From assembly GCA_002633005.1 (NCBI GenBank), contig NMRA01000465.1:95310-159309 (forward strand): a stretch of 64,000 bases of DNA. Direction: 5' to 3'. Below are positions 13,301 through 25,000 of the stretch, one piece after another (the stretch's first letter is position 1; the number at the start of each line of letters is the position of its first letter). This stretch comes from Phoronis australis (Eukaryota; Animalia; Phoronida). The translations under genes and the position numbers were made by a program. A model generated the notes under the pieces. That model was not told the DNA's origin. It ran no database searches and saw only the letters and a program-made list of their open reading frames with translations.

Positions 13301-16106
13301 CAAAATTTAATCCTGTGTCTCAGCAAGTTCCATTTATATAAGCAACGTCTCAAGGGTAAACCTCCAAATTTAATTGTATTAACAAAAGAAATTAACAGTT
13401 ATTACTCCAGTGAAAAACATATTTATTCAAAAAATTTACAAATGGAAAAATTTACAAACAGGTGGTCACAAATGCATAATTTGATAGCAATGTAAGGATA
13501 TTTTATCATTCCAAAATACTCTCCCCCCTCCTTTTTTTTCAGAGCCATATACTACTATATTGTCTTGTATGTTTTTGTTTTCTTTGTTAAATCTATTTCA
13601 AAATCCGGTTCACGTATATTTTTAACTTAGTAAACTTTATTTTCATTGAATTGTAAAGTAAGGCAAGGGAATCCCAGACCTTTGTCCTTACTTATGTTGA
13701 ACTGGGAGAATAAAAAAATTTAAAAAAAAATAAAAAAAAATGGCGTTTTACTGATTTTGGGAACTGAACTAGGGACTGCTCGAAAAAAAAGTTTGACAAC
13801 AGGAGTATTTCGTCGAGTTGGAAGGAATTAAATACGCCGACGGTTTCCTAAGGTGTCCAGCTATGCGCAAAGGGTGCTTATAACAACGTACCTTTGATTT
13901 TTTTATAAGTGTATGGCATAATTCGCCGAAAAGCTACCGGCGTATGAAGCGCCTATCATTCAGTGCTCTCTAACCGTCTCGCATCGACACCGATTGGGTG
14001 GCCTCTTATGAGGTTTCGTTGAAATGTTCTGTCATATTTGAGGTGCTCAACTGGAAATGACGGAAGTACAAGAGACGTTGCTCAGCAAACTGGATTGCAC
14101 ATAAAGGGCGTGACCTACATAAAGTCCACGAAAATGAAAGCCCTCTTATTCGATGTTGACACACACACGCAAGTGACAGTTCACGTGCGCGTCGTTCTCT
14201 GTGCCGCATTAAATGATCAGCGATGCCAACCGGTAAGGCATAAAATAGCCGTGGAGCTTAACTGGAATAGAGTGATGTTTTACACTTTTAATCTGTGTTC
14301 CATTTCCATTGCATTATTGGCGGATCCCTAGGGTATAACAGGTCTACGGGGACCTCGTTCTTCTTACCACCATGAGCTCGAGGCAGTTATTCGCTGTACA
14401 AACTGACACGTGATGAAAAGATCTGCTCGCCGCGAATAGGCTCCTCCTTTACTGAACTTCGCTTTCGCGTAGGTAGAAAAATGCATTCCGATCGACCGAT
14501 CTACTTTACAAAATGTCGGGTTGACAATTGACCCTTCTGCCAATTTCTTGGTGTCAGCATTGCTAATCAAAATGCAATAATGTAAGTTTGCTTGATTTAA
14601 AATGATGAATTACACAGCAGTTAGGACATGAAGTAGTGACTATATATTACATTTTCATGTGAAAAGGCAGGAGAAGTGCTTGACACTTGAACTGCATTGT
14701 GGGTAAGGGCTTTCAGGTGAGGGTGATGCAGTGAGCTTTCTGGACAGGCGTATTGGAGGTGTTTTCAGTCTGTTCTGTGTAAATAGAACATCGGTTTTTA
14801 ACAGGACATTGTATATACTTATTAACGAAGGCATATATATAATTTCGAACTACATTTGCAGCTGATCGTGTAAAATCGCTTAAAAATCTTGTAACTAGAT
14901 GCAAAAAACTAACATTTCAATAATCATACTTGTCCATAGGATTTTTCGTTTTGTTCACGGGAATTAGCTCGTTATCAGTGCAGGAGTTGACGACCAATCA
15001 CAAATACAATTTCCACAGACTTTAATCAATTTTGTTGGAATAGAATCATTTGTTGCGGCAACTTGAGGGTCAACAGTGTGAAACGGTTCTGTCGCTTCCG
15101 TAGTTGGATGACCATTTCCCTTCAGGAGTCTCAAGTATGCTTGTGACATTGTTATTACGCACCAACGCCAGATCCAACCATCAACCGTCCTGTGCAATAT
15201 TATTTAAAAATAAATAGGTACCAGGGTTTTCCGTAGATTAGCCAGTGGCGGATCTAGGATACCATGAGAGGGGGGGGGGCAACATGCGAAGATGACGTCT
15301 CGGGGAATTGGGCAAAGCGTGATTGTGTTTGCAGCAGAGACCCGAATGTTGCNCAAAAAAAAACGAGAACGCCGCGGTCCGGGTTCTGAGCCCTACCCCT
15401 TCTCCGCTACCGGTCCTTGTGCACCATTTTCTCACGCTTTGCGCTGTTGCTGTTCCACTTTGCTTGCGGGGGGAGCCCGGCCCCCCCCCTGGGCCGAAGA
15501 AACGCCCATTGGCGTTTATTCGGAAAATTATGTCAAATACACGCCCATGGGCGTTTATTTGGTGTTGCTAAATCGCCGGTATTTGTGTCTACATTGGTAT
15601 ATCGTTGTGTACGCAGGTAGATTGTAACGCTCAGCGGGCAGCTGGCAGAAGGCGCCGAGACGCAGAGAAGGGCTTTGATGTTGCCTTTGCAAGTACTCCT
15701 TTGACGATTCGCAAAGGTAGAATGTTCAATTTGACCTATGACTATCACTTTTTGTTCAATAGAATGAAATATGCAGTTATTTACATCTGTCTACTGTAGC
15801 TAAACATCACTGCTTCTTTGATTGGACCCCAACAACTAGCGTCAACCCACCACTGCTATCTGTGAAGTGCACATGTAGTCTACTCGACCGTCTTCATCTT
15901 TTGTAGCTCCCACGAAGCCGTCAAATGCCAAAGACCCCGTTACCACCACCCCGACTTTGACCTCCGTCTACACTATTATAATCACGACGCTTGCGGCGCT
16001 CGTTTTGATTGCTTCACTTTTGGTGTATGTTGTCAACAAGAGAATGCAAAGAACTAACAGAGATACATGCCACGTGGTGCCAAATGATAAACATATCAAC
16101 CAGTAG
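1305..16106 (+). CDS. Zona pellucida (ZP) domain type I membrane/secreted matrix protein (cuticlin/CUT-1-like architecture), multi-exon
   Basis: Signal peptide exons 1305-1349 and 2542-2563 (MKILQVAILAITCYQ|VALPLEE). Uncertain micro-exons near 3378-3390 and 4308-4355 (acidic DYDDDDDETE). Phase-consistent core exons 5651-5823, 7027-7196 (ZP-N with 4 Cys: YFCG..QSC..YGKCG..YQC), 8963-9090, 12254-12356, 14043-14232 (ZP-C: VIKDG|C..KALLF..VLC..C), 15617-15716 (furin site RRRR then EHP-like FASTPLTIRK), 15907-16106 (Thr/Pro linker, TM VYTIIITTLAALVLIASLLVYVV, TAG). AATAAA at 16381. Confidence 0.85.
1403..1612. mobile_element. MITE
   Basis: TIRs GGCGCAAACGAAGAG..GTTAC / GTAAC.TCTTCGTCTGCGCC enclosing ~170 bp of non-coding sequence. 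Confidence 0.55.
4499..4737. mobile_element. Palindromic tRNA-derived hairpin element, copy 1 (centrally deleted)
   Basis: Long imperfect inverted repeat whose centre is two opposed tRNA 3' halves (CCCCGACCGGGCCTCGAACGCGGGACC / GGTCCCAGGTTGTAGACCCGGTAGGGA). Shares TCACATCACGTGACCT, AAGTCTGAAAAGAT and TCTGCACGRTTAGCAG with 62391-62664. Confidence 0.7.
10282..10438 (+). mobile_element. Non-autonomous DNA transposon (CAGTGGCGGAT TIR family), copy 1
   Basis: TIR CATGGGCGGATCC...AAATCCGCCACTG; internal sequence shared with 19781-19939, 25620-25742 and 49894-50041; AAACG on both flanks. Confidence 0.75.
10439..10660 (-). pseudogene. Decayed Ty3/Gypsy LTR-retrotransposon pol fragment (N-terminus of RT)
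   Basis: Frameshifted translation VREK/NVEARIHKREE..IEKIEDSTTWISAIVAVP..NPNEV resembles the Gypsy motif VEAEL..L...IIEKV..PTPWISPIVAVPK. Confidence 0.5.
11025..11298 (-). mobile_element. tRNA-derived SINE split by a MITE insertion
   Basis: Minus-strand A-box TGGCTCAGTGG (11281-11291) and B-box GGTTCAAAT (11087-11095) are separated by the 150 bp MITE. Confidence 0.6.
11101..11249. mobile_element. MITE nested in SINE
   Basis: TIRs TTCAGTAACGCTAGGACCT / AGGTCCTAGCGTTATTGAG; inner inverted CACGTG motifs. Confidence 0.65.
12850..13940. mobile_element. Foldback DNA element (~190 bp imperfect inverted arms) interrupted by a LINE
   Basis: Left arm ...TTAATTCCTTCCAACTC..AAATACTCC..TCAAACTTTTT..TTCGAGCAG..CAGTTCCGAAAATCAGTA (to ~13036) is the reverse complement of the right arm TACTGATTTTGGGAACTG..CTGCTCGAAAAA..AGTTTGA..GGAGTATTT..GAGTTGGAAGGAATTAA (from ~13749). 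Confidence 0.7.
13108..13740 (+). mobile_element. L1/Tx1-clade LINE 3' end (zf-RVT C-terminus, 3' UTR, poly-A)
   Basis: Open frame CTFCKTEPETLLHLYWQC..VQNFW (CCHC zf-RVT motif) to stop at 13495, T-rich UTR, AATAAA plus A-tail at 13709-13740. The 5' part is lost at the n at 13107. Confidence 0.85.
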
Positions 16107-16451
16107 ATAATAGACATGTCCTACGATCTTGCTCAAATTACACTGAATTTCTAATATGACATTTATCCATAGAGTTTCGTGTATAATTCATACTCGAGAG
16201 GGGTGCTTATTTAAACGATTAGTGGTTTTTATTATTACATAGTGCACTATTACAATCTGGCCCTATGTCTTTATGCTATCCCCATCGCTCATCCTGCTTT
16301 ATCGATACCTCATGGCGCTGATGTACACCGTATACACACATGAACTTAAAAGAACATGGTTAGTCTACAATTAATTTATTAATAAATATACCTTTATGTT
16401 TGTAGTGAATAGTCTTCTACTTCAGCTGTGTTGGTTTTGACCATTTTAAGT

Positions 16452-16554
16452 GGTCGGGTATAACGTACCGCAGTTTGATAACCAGTTCTTTCCACTGAAT
16501 AACGGGCATTAAACTGGTTCTCAAAATATTTGCACCTTATATCCGACTATTACC
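16452..16554. mobile_element. ~110 bp hairpin MITE, copy 1
   Basis: Palindromic; similar to 61557-61668 (AACCAGTT..CCACTGAATAAC..AAACTGGTTCTCAAAAT..CACxTTAT.TCC.ACTATTACC). Confidence 0.65.
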
Positions 16555-19500
16555 GAATAACGTAATACGGAGACATGCCGCCTAACGGTTGGTGTTGTAG
16601 TGAGGTAGATGGGCCGCCTTGTTTTATTGATACTGAAATGGCAGCCTTGATTGCTTCAAACAAATGTCGGTTTATCTACACTTTAATCATCTAGTCTGAT
16701 TTCCTAGAATTTGCTAAAATACGAGTCGTTTAAATAAAATTCCAACGTTTTAGGTTTGACCACTACCCTGTGTCTAATCTTTATACTCGAAATAAAACTC
16801 CTAGTTATATTTAGAGATTTCAGTTCTACATGTACAGGTACTTAAATCTCGAGTCAACCCAGAATTGTTAAAAATAATTTCGAATTCCGTTTAAAAAGGA
16901 TTAGACTCTGGGCTCAGAGCAATGAAATGGCAAAATCTGGCGTGTTTCGTAATTTCATACAAATCACCGATTCCTAAGAAAGGCTGATAGTCAAAGTTAA
17001 TTGAAATCGAGATGGCCACCTCTTAAGCTGCCTCGATCGTTGCCGTATGCGCCATCAAATTCAAGCTGGCTTGAAAACGTAAAAGGTTCTTGAGTGTTTG
17101 TGCAAAAAAAGAGGCGAAAAGCCGAACCCGATTGGGGGAGTAATTTCTCTAGAATAGCATTTGGGAACGAAATCGAGCGCTGGACTACTGTGTGAGATGG
17201 GCTGAGCATTTCCAAAAAAATGTGAGGACGTTAATCTGTTCAACATACACATTCGCTCTGTACATGATCACTCACCGGAATTCACACCCCCGACAGATCT
17301 GATCGACGGACAACCAGCTCTTCATGAACAATGTTTTCATGAAATATTATTCTTAGAATTCTTCATTAGGAAAATGGTACATATCTATATCTATGTTTAT
17401 ATCTACATGTATATCTATATCTATGTCTAATTGTGCTGTTGTAAATCACCGCGTTGGTTTTGTGATATTCAGAAATAGTCAGATTTCAAGTTCTTCAAAT
17501 TTTCACCTTTTCGATGGCGGTCAACACTACCAACTGATAGAGCTATATCATCAAAAACCTGCCATGACAAAAGTGGCAATTAATTTCATCATGAGGGGAC
17601 CTACCTTAATAGGAGAGGTTGTAAAGTTGGGCTCCACTCTGTGAGCGGTCCTTAAGAAGAAAGAAAGTAAATAAAATGGTGGCCATGAATGTGGACACCA
17701 ACAGGACTCCTTCAATAACTGGACAGGGCTTTAGTATGAAAGGAAACGTAAATACCAAACGGGAAATAAACGGCAGTTGCTGCTATAATCAGGAGCAGGC
17801 AGGTTGTCACCTTCACATCAAGTTATAATTATTCCTTGTTACAGAGGGCCCCTCGAGAAATGCAACGTGTGGGACAATTTGTGTTGTGTATAGCAAGTTT
17901 TCTCTGACTTTTTCGAAGTACATGCATGTATAATTTACGTGATTTGAACTGCAAAAACTTGGGCTTCCACAAACAAAAATGCACTGACCCGACCAATACA
18001 ATAAATATACATACCCAGAAAGCGCCAAGAGGCATTCTATTTGGGTTATACAGTACAAAACAAAGATATCTATATACCATGATACACAATTATCAAAATG
18101 AGAAACTGATGTTAAGATTACAATGATATGTTTTAAATATAAGTATGATCATGACAAATATGAATATATCATTGTCATAACAATAAGTGATGTTACAGTT
18201 AAAGTGATGATTCGTAAATAAACAAATCAATACCATGTTATCGACAAACACAAAGAGATTTAATATTAAAAGGAAATTTTTGAAACAATTTCGAATAAAA
18301 CATTACTTACATTTAAGCCGAGATTTTTAAAACATTTTACAGAAAAATAATTTTGTTATATATTTGTGGAAGATCTTAAAATTTTTTTGTAAACATTGGG
18401 GGTATTATTGTGACGGACCTGCTTCATTCTAAGTCACTTAACGTCGTTTTTATGACAAATCTCGTCAGGAGAAAATCGACTCGTTACAATTAATTCCAGT
18501 TTAGTTCGTATTCCCAACAGTACCGGTTTTCAGAGGGCTTGCGATACCAATCTTTCTTTTTGTTAATCGCCAAGCTCAGTCTTTTTTCCGATGTCACGAC
18601 GCAATCGCCAATTATCTACTACGCTGAATAGACAACGTATCAACTTCGTGATACCAGCGGCGAACGGTGACGTTGGTTTGTTCCAGTTGATGTAGGTATA
18701 AAGTTCTAGCCCTGGAAGTCCAACTTCTCGACCCACAAGACCAATATATTCTATTACTAGAGCTTAAGCCACTTGATTAGCCGCGAGAGTATGCACTGTG
18801 AATTTCCGACTGTCTATTCGAACAAGTTTTGATCTAGTGTTTTAGCTATTAAATCAAGCTTGATGTCATTGCTTCAGTTTTCATTTTGACACTTTTGTTC
18901 ATTCACCAGGACCCTTGAGCTAACGCTTCTAGGCAACCAGCGATTTCCGGCAAAATTAGCCAACAAACAGGACCGTTACACTGACCAGTCTTTGTACGAA
19001 CCGACCCGTGGCCCTCCGGCCGGATACCGGGAACAGTCTGGCCTCCGAGGAGTCTGATATCTTTTCATCTCCACTCTCACAACAACTTTTGCACAATCTA
19101 TCAAACAATATGCTATGGCTGTTACTGTGCTTTACAGAAAGAAGTTTACCTTGCACAAATCCAATCTAACATTTAATGTTGCTGACAGAGTACATTGTTC
19201 TTTACCACTTTTAAAATTTTTTACCGCCATCCCGCCACACCATCAAAATGTGACATTTTTTACCCCTGGCGACAATGAGATATTACCACATACGAGCTAC
19301 ATAGCACTCTGTTGCTCTTCGACTAAAAACGTGACGTTTCATTTTTTTGGAGGCGCCGCAATTGTGCATTCGACTTGAAAAAAACGCACACTTTTCGGAG
19401 TAACGTCGCCCATTCAACAAAAGTAAATGCCTGGACTTGCGTGTTGCGCCGCGAACGTTTCCACCCATCACATGATGATGTCTATGGTTCCGGGCCCTTG

Positions 19501-19780
19501 CGTTTTGGCATAATTAAATTCATAAACTAAACATCATTTCTCATACCTGACAAGTTTAAAAAATATTGTTTTTTACCAAGAATGTTACGAAAATGCGAAT
19601 AACAACAGCTCAGTGTTTAACCAGAAAGGTTAAACGAAAGAAATAATTTCAATGATTAAAAAGATTTCTACTCTATCAAGACAAAGATTTCAGAATATGG
19701 GTCTCTCACAGTTGCTGTGAAAAAATTATTCAGGCAAACATCCAAAGCTTTACACCTTTATATATTAATTGGACCTTTTG

Positions 19781-19939
19781 GTGCGCTTTGATGTAGAGGC
19801 GGGCCAAGGGGGCCATGTCCCCACTAAAATTCTCCCAAATTCCCTTTGGCAGTTCGGGGGTGCGAATGTCTGACGGGCGAAATCCTGGCTAATACTCTGC
19901 CTTGGGTCCTCCTAACTCAAAAACCTGGATCCGCCCCTG
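19781..19939 (-). mobile_element. Non-autonomous DNA transposon (CAGTGGCGGAT TIR family), copy 2
   Basis: Reverse complement of the 10282 and 49894 copies; ends TGGATCCGCCCCTG. Confidence 0.75.
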
Positions 19940-20025
19940 GTTCTTCAGTAAAAATTCAGAATGCAATTCGGGAGTTGAGGTGGGTTTTAAGATCCTAGCG
20001 GCGAAGAAACGAAGCACCGTAATAC

Positions 20026-20156
20026 GGCGGGAAACATCATGCAAGAGCATGCGCACTATACCATGTATTTCCCGCGGTTAATGATCACGTGTCTATGTTT
20101 ATTTATTAGCCTGCGGCAACAAAGAGGCCGTGTGCAGCTTTGTGCAATCTGATTGG
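20026..20156 (+). promoter_or_regulatory. Promoter cluster of the zinc-finger gene: two E2F sites, NRF1 site, E-box, CCAAT box
   Basis: GGCGGGAAA 20026-20034, GCATGCGCA 20047-20055, TTTCCCGC 20068-20075, CACGTG 20086-20091, ATTGG 20152-20156; all lie 130-260 bp upstream of the ATG at 20284. Confidence 0.55.
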
Positions 20157-20283
20157 CTGAACGACACTGTAAACTTGCGATTCATGATTGTATGTCTCCG
20201 GCCGGGGTCTCCGGTATTTGATACGGGAAAAACAAAAGAAAATTATTGCGTCTTTTCGTTAGTTTGCCGTCATATGCACGGCA

Positions 20284-22018
20284 ATGTCTACTGTCGAGTT
20301 CTTATCTGTTGATGAGAATGAATGTCATTCGCGGACAAAACGCACAAGAATCGATTCGAGCCGACTCGACGGTACAAATCCTACTGGTCGTAAAGCACTC
20401 GAACTCGGAGGTGTCATCGATGTTTTGAGAAATTATGAGGATTACGAAGGTGGCATCAACTGCAGTATATGTGGTGAGTTCTTCGTGTAGCCTGGCATAG
20501 TTTTGTGTCATTCTACTGGGCCGAACAGTTCAATCAAATTTATCAATTTTGCCAATCCATTCGTGATCAAACCCTGGGACGGCCATGTTTAAATTCCCAC
20601 TATGCATTCTTTGTTTATGTGAAAGTCGTCAGATTCTCCTCAACAGATTCCGCCCATAAAAGTCCCATTATTTAAGTTGGGGTTTGGTGAGCACTCGTCA
20701 AATCTCAACAGGTCGCTTTCGTATGCATGACAATGCTGTCGGGCTCTTATTATTTCGTTTATTCGGTCATCGGAAAATTATTTTCACCACCACATGGTTT
20801 TTAATGAATATTCATTAGCGTGGTTCATTGATAAAGTTTGACCTACTTAGATTCCGACCAACACTGTTGTGTTTGGGTCCAAGTTGTCACAAACGCGGCG
20901 GCAGAGTACTATATTTTTATAAAAGATAGAGCTATGTAGGCTCTAAAGCTGTCGCTCTTTGCAAATTCAGAAATCACATCACCAGTGGTTCAATCATAAT
21001 AACATCTCTTTACTAATCTCTGTCAACAGGTTAGGCCTTTATCTCTGGCAAAATAGCCATTCTGTGCTAAAGTGTTCATACCATTTTAAAAGAATATAAG
21101 AAAAGAGCACTGTGTGTTTGATAACTTGACGCAAACTATCAAATTATTATTTATAGTGTCACAACTTATATGGAGAAATAATTTCATTGTTTTTAAACAC
21201 GCAGCTATTTCATGTCTGAACCTCATATCTCGGAAGTGGCTGCTTGCATTTATATGAAACTTTCAATTACTTATTGCTTTATGCATTGGTCTTCAAAACG
21301 CTTTTCTGTATGGTATTAAATTATCCACTTTTGCATGAGGGGCTATAAAATAGGACTTATATGATTTCCTTGAATGTATTTGAGGTTTCTTCTTGAACAT
21401 TTGTATAAAACAAACTTTAGGTCATGCTATTGGCACCATTGTTTTGCTATTAATGTGATCTTTGTTTTACTGCTAGATTTTCCTAAAAGACATGTTCGGG
21501 TGACTCGAGTGATTAATGGCAGATTGGTCAAAAGTCAAAAAACCAACAAATTCTACACGGTCTCTACTTTTAGGGAAATTAGGTTATTTTTACTGTGTTG
21601 AATTCTATAGTCCTGTAGATAGTGGCGAAATACACCAACATGGCGGTGAGGTCCCACAGTTAAGTTATATTTTCTTTTCCATCCATTTTCAGGTAAACTA
21701 TACAAGAGTAGAGTGTGCTTTACTAAACATCTGTGGGAACACAGTATTTACTGGGACTTGTTTGATGGAGCTAAGAACCACGAGAGGGTGCTCGCTATAC
21801 AGGCAGCGCTAATCTTATATAGCGGTAACCATGGTTACCTGCTGGACGAGTCTAACATATTATCTTATCTGCTGGTCACTTCGCCCCACGAGAAAAGAAA
21901 AGACTGTGAGCTGACCGAGGCTGTGAAACAACCAGTAAAATCAAAATATTTGTCCGTGGTCAAACGCAGGAAACGTAACTCTACCGGTGACTCCACAGAC
22001 AGTGTATGCAGTGATTAA
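20284..22018 (+). CDS. Single C2H2 zinc-finger protein with KHLWEH motif, 171 aa, two exons
   Basis: join(20284-20473,21693-22018). G|GTGAGT donor and TTTTCAG acceptor, both phase 1, assemble CSICGKLYKSRVCFTKHLWEH, followed by SIYWDLF..KNHERVLAIQAALIL and a basic NLS-like KRRKR. Confidence 0.85.
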
Positions 22019-25000
22019 CAGTCCTGTTGTAAAACTTTTCAAGAGCTTGTTTTTGTTGATGCCAGTCAGGTTGTCGTGGTAACCAGTGAATTGAATAATC
22101 ATCAGTAGTGCTACAGATGAACAGATGAGAATCTTACACAAATATCTGAAACATTGTGTTACATTTTTAGGGTGACTTTCATGTTAGAAGCAGGGCGCTT
22201 ACTTTGACTGTTATGACAGCTGTCATCTTAAAGGAGCTGGCTGGACTATTGTTTAGTTTACAAGTTTTCATATTTTGTATTACTGTCTTTGCACAAGTTC
22301 TACAGTGCTGCAGTACACGTGATGGTGATTTTGTTGTTGGGAAAAAAGTTTTGTTGATGGTAATTAACTAAAACGTTACAAAAAATCAGTATTTTTCAAA
22401 TTAAACAACCTGTTATTTGAAATCAAATTCAAATTTTTTATTGATCAATGAATGTTGTAAAACAGCAACTACTTTGTTGCAAAGTGTGTGGGAGCCCCAC
22501 AAGTGCTGTTTTACAAATTTTTCATTTGGGAGAGTCCCATTTGTTTTTTATTTTCTTAAATCATGGCCAAAATATCCACAATATTTTTGTATTAGAATGA
22601 TCAGAATCATGGTAAAACATTATGTGTCATAGAATAGTCATAGTCATGCTTTGTTTGTATATTAAGAATGTTTTACAAGTATATTTAATACGAAGTTGTG
22701 TCGCATTTTGAGGTCCAAATATGTTGACGAGTCATGCCAGATATATTGCATTTATTTTTGTACAGATACTGTGTATGTATATGAATTTTATTTCTTAAGA
22801 GTTACAGTTGTTTATAAGTTGACGGATTTTGTTGGAATTTGTCTAGCTTTGTGTGGAGTTAAGGCAGAAACTCAGAAGCGAAAGTAACATGAAATTGTCA
22901 GCATGTTTTGCTTTCAGTGTTAGCGAGCAGAGGTTTTATCTACTTATCTTTGAAAACATAGCTGTTCATTGTAGAATCTACAGAAATTTGCAACTTGTAA
23001 TTTGTTGAATGTAGTAAACGGTAGAGAAAGTTGACTTAAGTTGTGTCCATGATATACAGGGTGAGGTGGCTAGTTCCTTTAATTAAGAGGACAGAAACGT
23101 AGTAGAGTGCTCGAAAGGGGTAGGCATGGGAAGTTCTGCCCCTCCTAGTGAGGGTTTGGGAAACTACCTTGAGAAAGTTTTGGCAAGAGCTCATTTCATG
23201 CATTTTGTTGACATCTTTTGCATTAAATCTGAGTTTGTGCCTATCAATATCAATGTGACTGTACGAGCTGGGCACCTGCAACCTTGTGTATGTCACCGTT
23301 TATGGTGCTTGCCAGAAAGTACTCCTGAAAAAAACAATGGTAATTTTTTGTTTCGAACCACCAAAATTTTGGGGCCATGCCTTCTGAAATGAAGCTATGT
23401 ATTCTGCCAGATTATGAACCAAGCTTTTCCTGTTTGTTCACTTTTTAAGTGCATCTCGTCTGTTGATTGTGTTTTAATTAATGCCAACAGATTTTGATAT
23501 TGAAATATGAGAAATTGTAGTCTTAAGAACATTAGTAGTCCTGATATGTTTTATGCGTAACAGATGTTACCCAATGAACTCCATGTGCTCCTATATCTCA
23601 ATACTAAGTTTTGTGTTCTCAGAATGGAATAGTTGCAACTGACGCCCTCTGGCTGCAGAGATCATACTCATAATGGAGCACAAGTGTGGTCTTCTGACTG
23701 AAGAAATCATAGGTTGCTCTGTCGATTTCCCGCTTGTTTGGACTCCTTCCATTTGGTCAAACTTGTGCTCAGCTGGGATTATTTGCNAGAATAATAGACA
23801 CTTATCTTGAGTTCGCCCAAAAGTAGAGTAGAAAATGCCAAACCTAATTTCGAGTTCCATTTCGAGTAAAAAGATTGGAGACCGGGCCCTGATATATTTT
23901 ATGCGTAAGTGATGTTACCCAATGAACTCCATGTGCTTCTATATCTCAATACTAAGTTTTGTGTTCTCAGAATGGAATAGTTGCAACTGACGCCCTCTGG
24001 CTGCAGAGATCATACTCATAATGGAGCACAAGTGTGGTCTTCTGACTGAAGAAATCATAGGTTGCTCTGTCGATTTCCCGCTTGTTTGGACTCCTTCCAT
24101 TTGGTCAAACTTGTGCTCAGCTGGGATTATTTGCCATAGTTTCCACTCTTCAGCAAGAGGGCGTTAGTGACCGATCCCCAGTCAATCATGACTCCATGAT
24201 TTGGAGCGAGAAGTTGTGGCGCATATTCTGGGAAATATTGGAGAACTTCATGTAGGTAGAAGTAAACAAGCTGGTTTTTACATTTCCTTCAGTATGGGAA
24301 TGCTGTGTGGTTATTTGGTTTTGGATTATTTATGAAATAAGTTTTTATTCCTGGTCAGCTGATTCCAGGGCGATAGTAAAGTTGCGATAATATTGACACT
24401 GTAATTGACATAATGCAAACACTCCTACTTAGTCTGTATCTAGGGTTAAGTAGTAGTATGAATACTGATGCTGGGCTGGGCTTCACAAAAACATGGCTGA
24501 CCTTAGGAAAATTCTGGATTTTATTGCATGTATACTTTACCTTATGTTTGCAATGTGTTTCATTCTCCAACTCGCTGCACCACCAGAAGTGGCGCTGTCT
24601 TCCAAGACAGCACACACGCAAAAAGCAATGGATTCCAAAATAGGGCATATGTGGTGCTCAGGAAGAAAAAGCAACTGCAAAAATCATGAATACAACCGGA
24701 ATGACATAACGTTTTGACAGTCCAATGGACACCTTTTGAAAAATATTGACTTAACTACCAGTTTACACTAATATGGGAAACGCACTTGAGGTGGTTCGTT
24801 AACTCTGCCAAATTAAATATTCAAGATGGATGAAACCATGAGTTGCATATTATAACAAATCTACAAAATCTAATTGTGTTGTGCCTTCTTGACAAAATGT
24901 TATGCTGCTTTCACACAACTATGTTTAGTGTGACGAAACTGTTGTAGGACTGTTTACACTTCCCAGTTTAAAGGTGATTATTACATTTTGTAATTAAATT

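Noticed and set aside
21477-21559. Middle exon of the zinc-finger gene
   Set aside because: Weak donor, and inclusion would split the C2H2 finger and change the frame.
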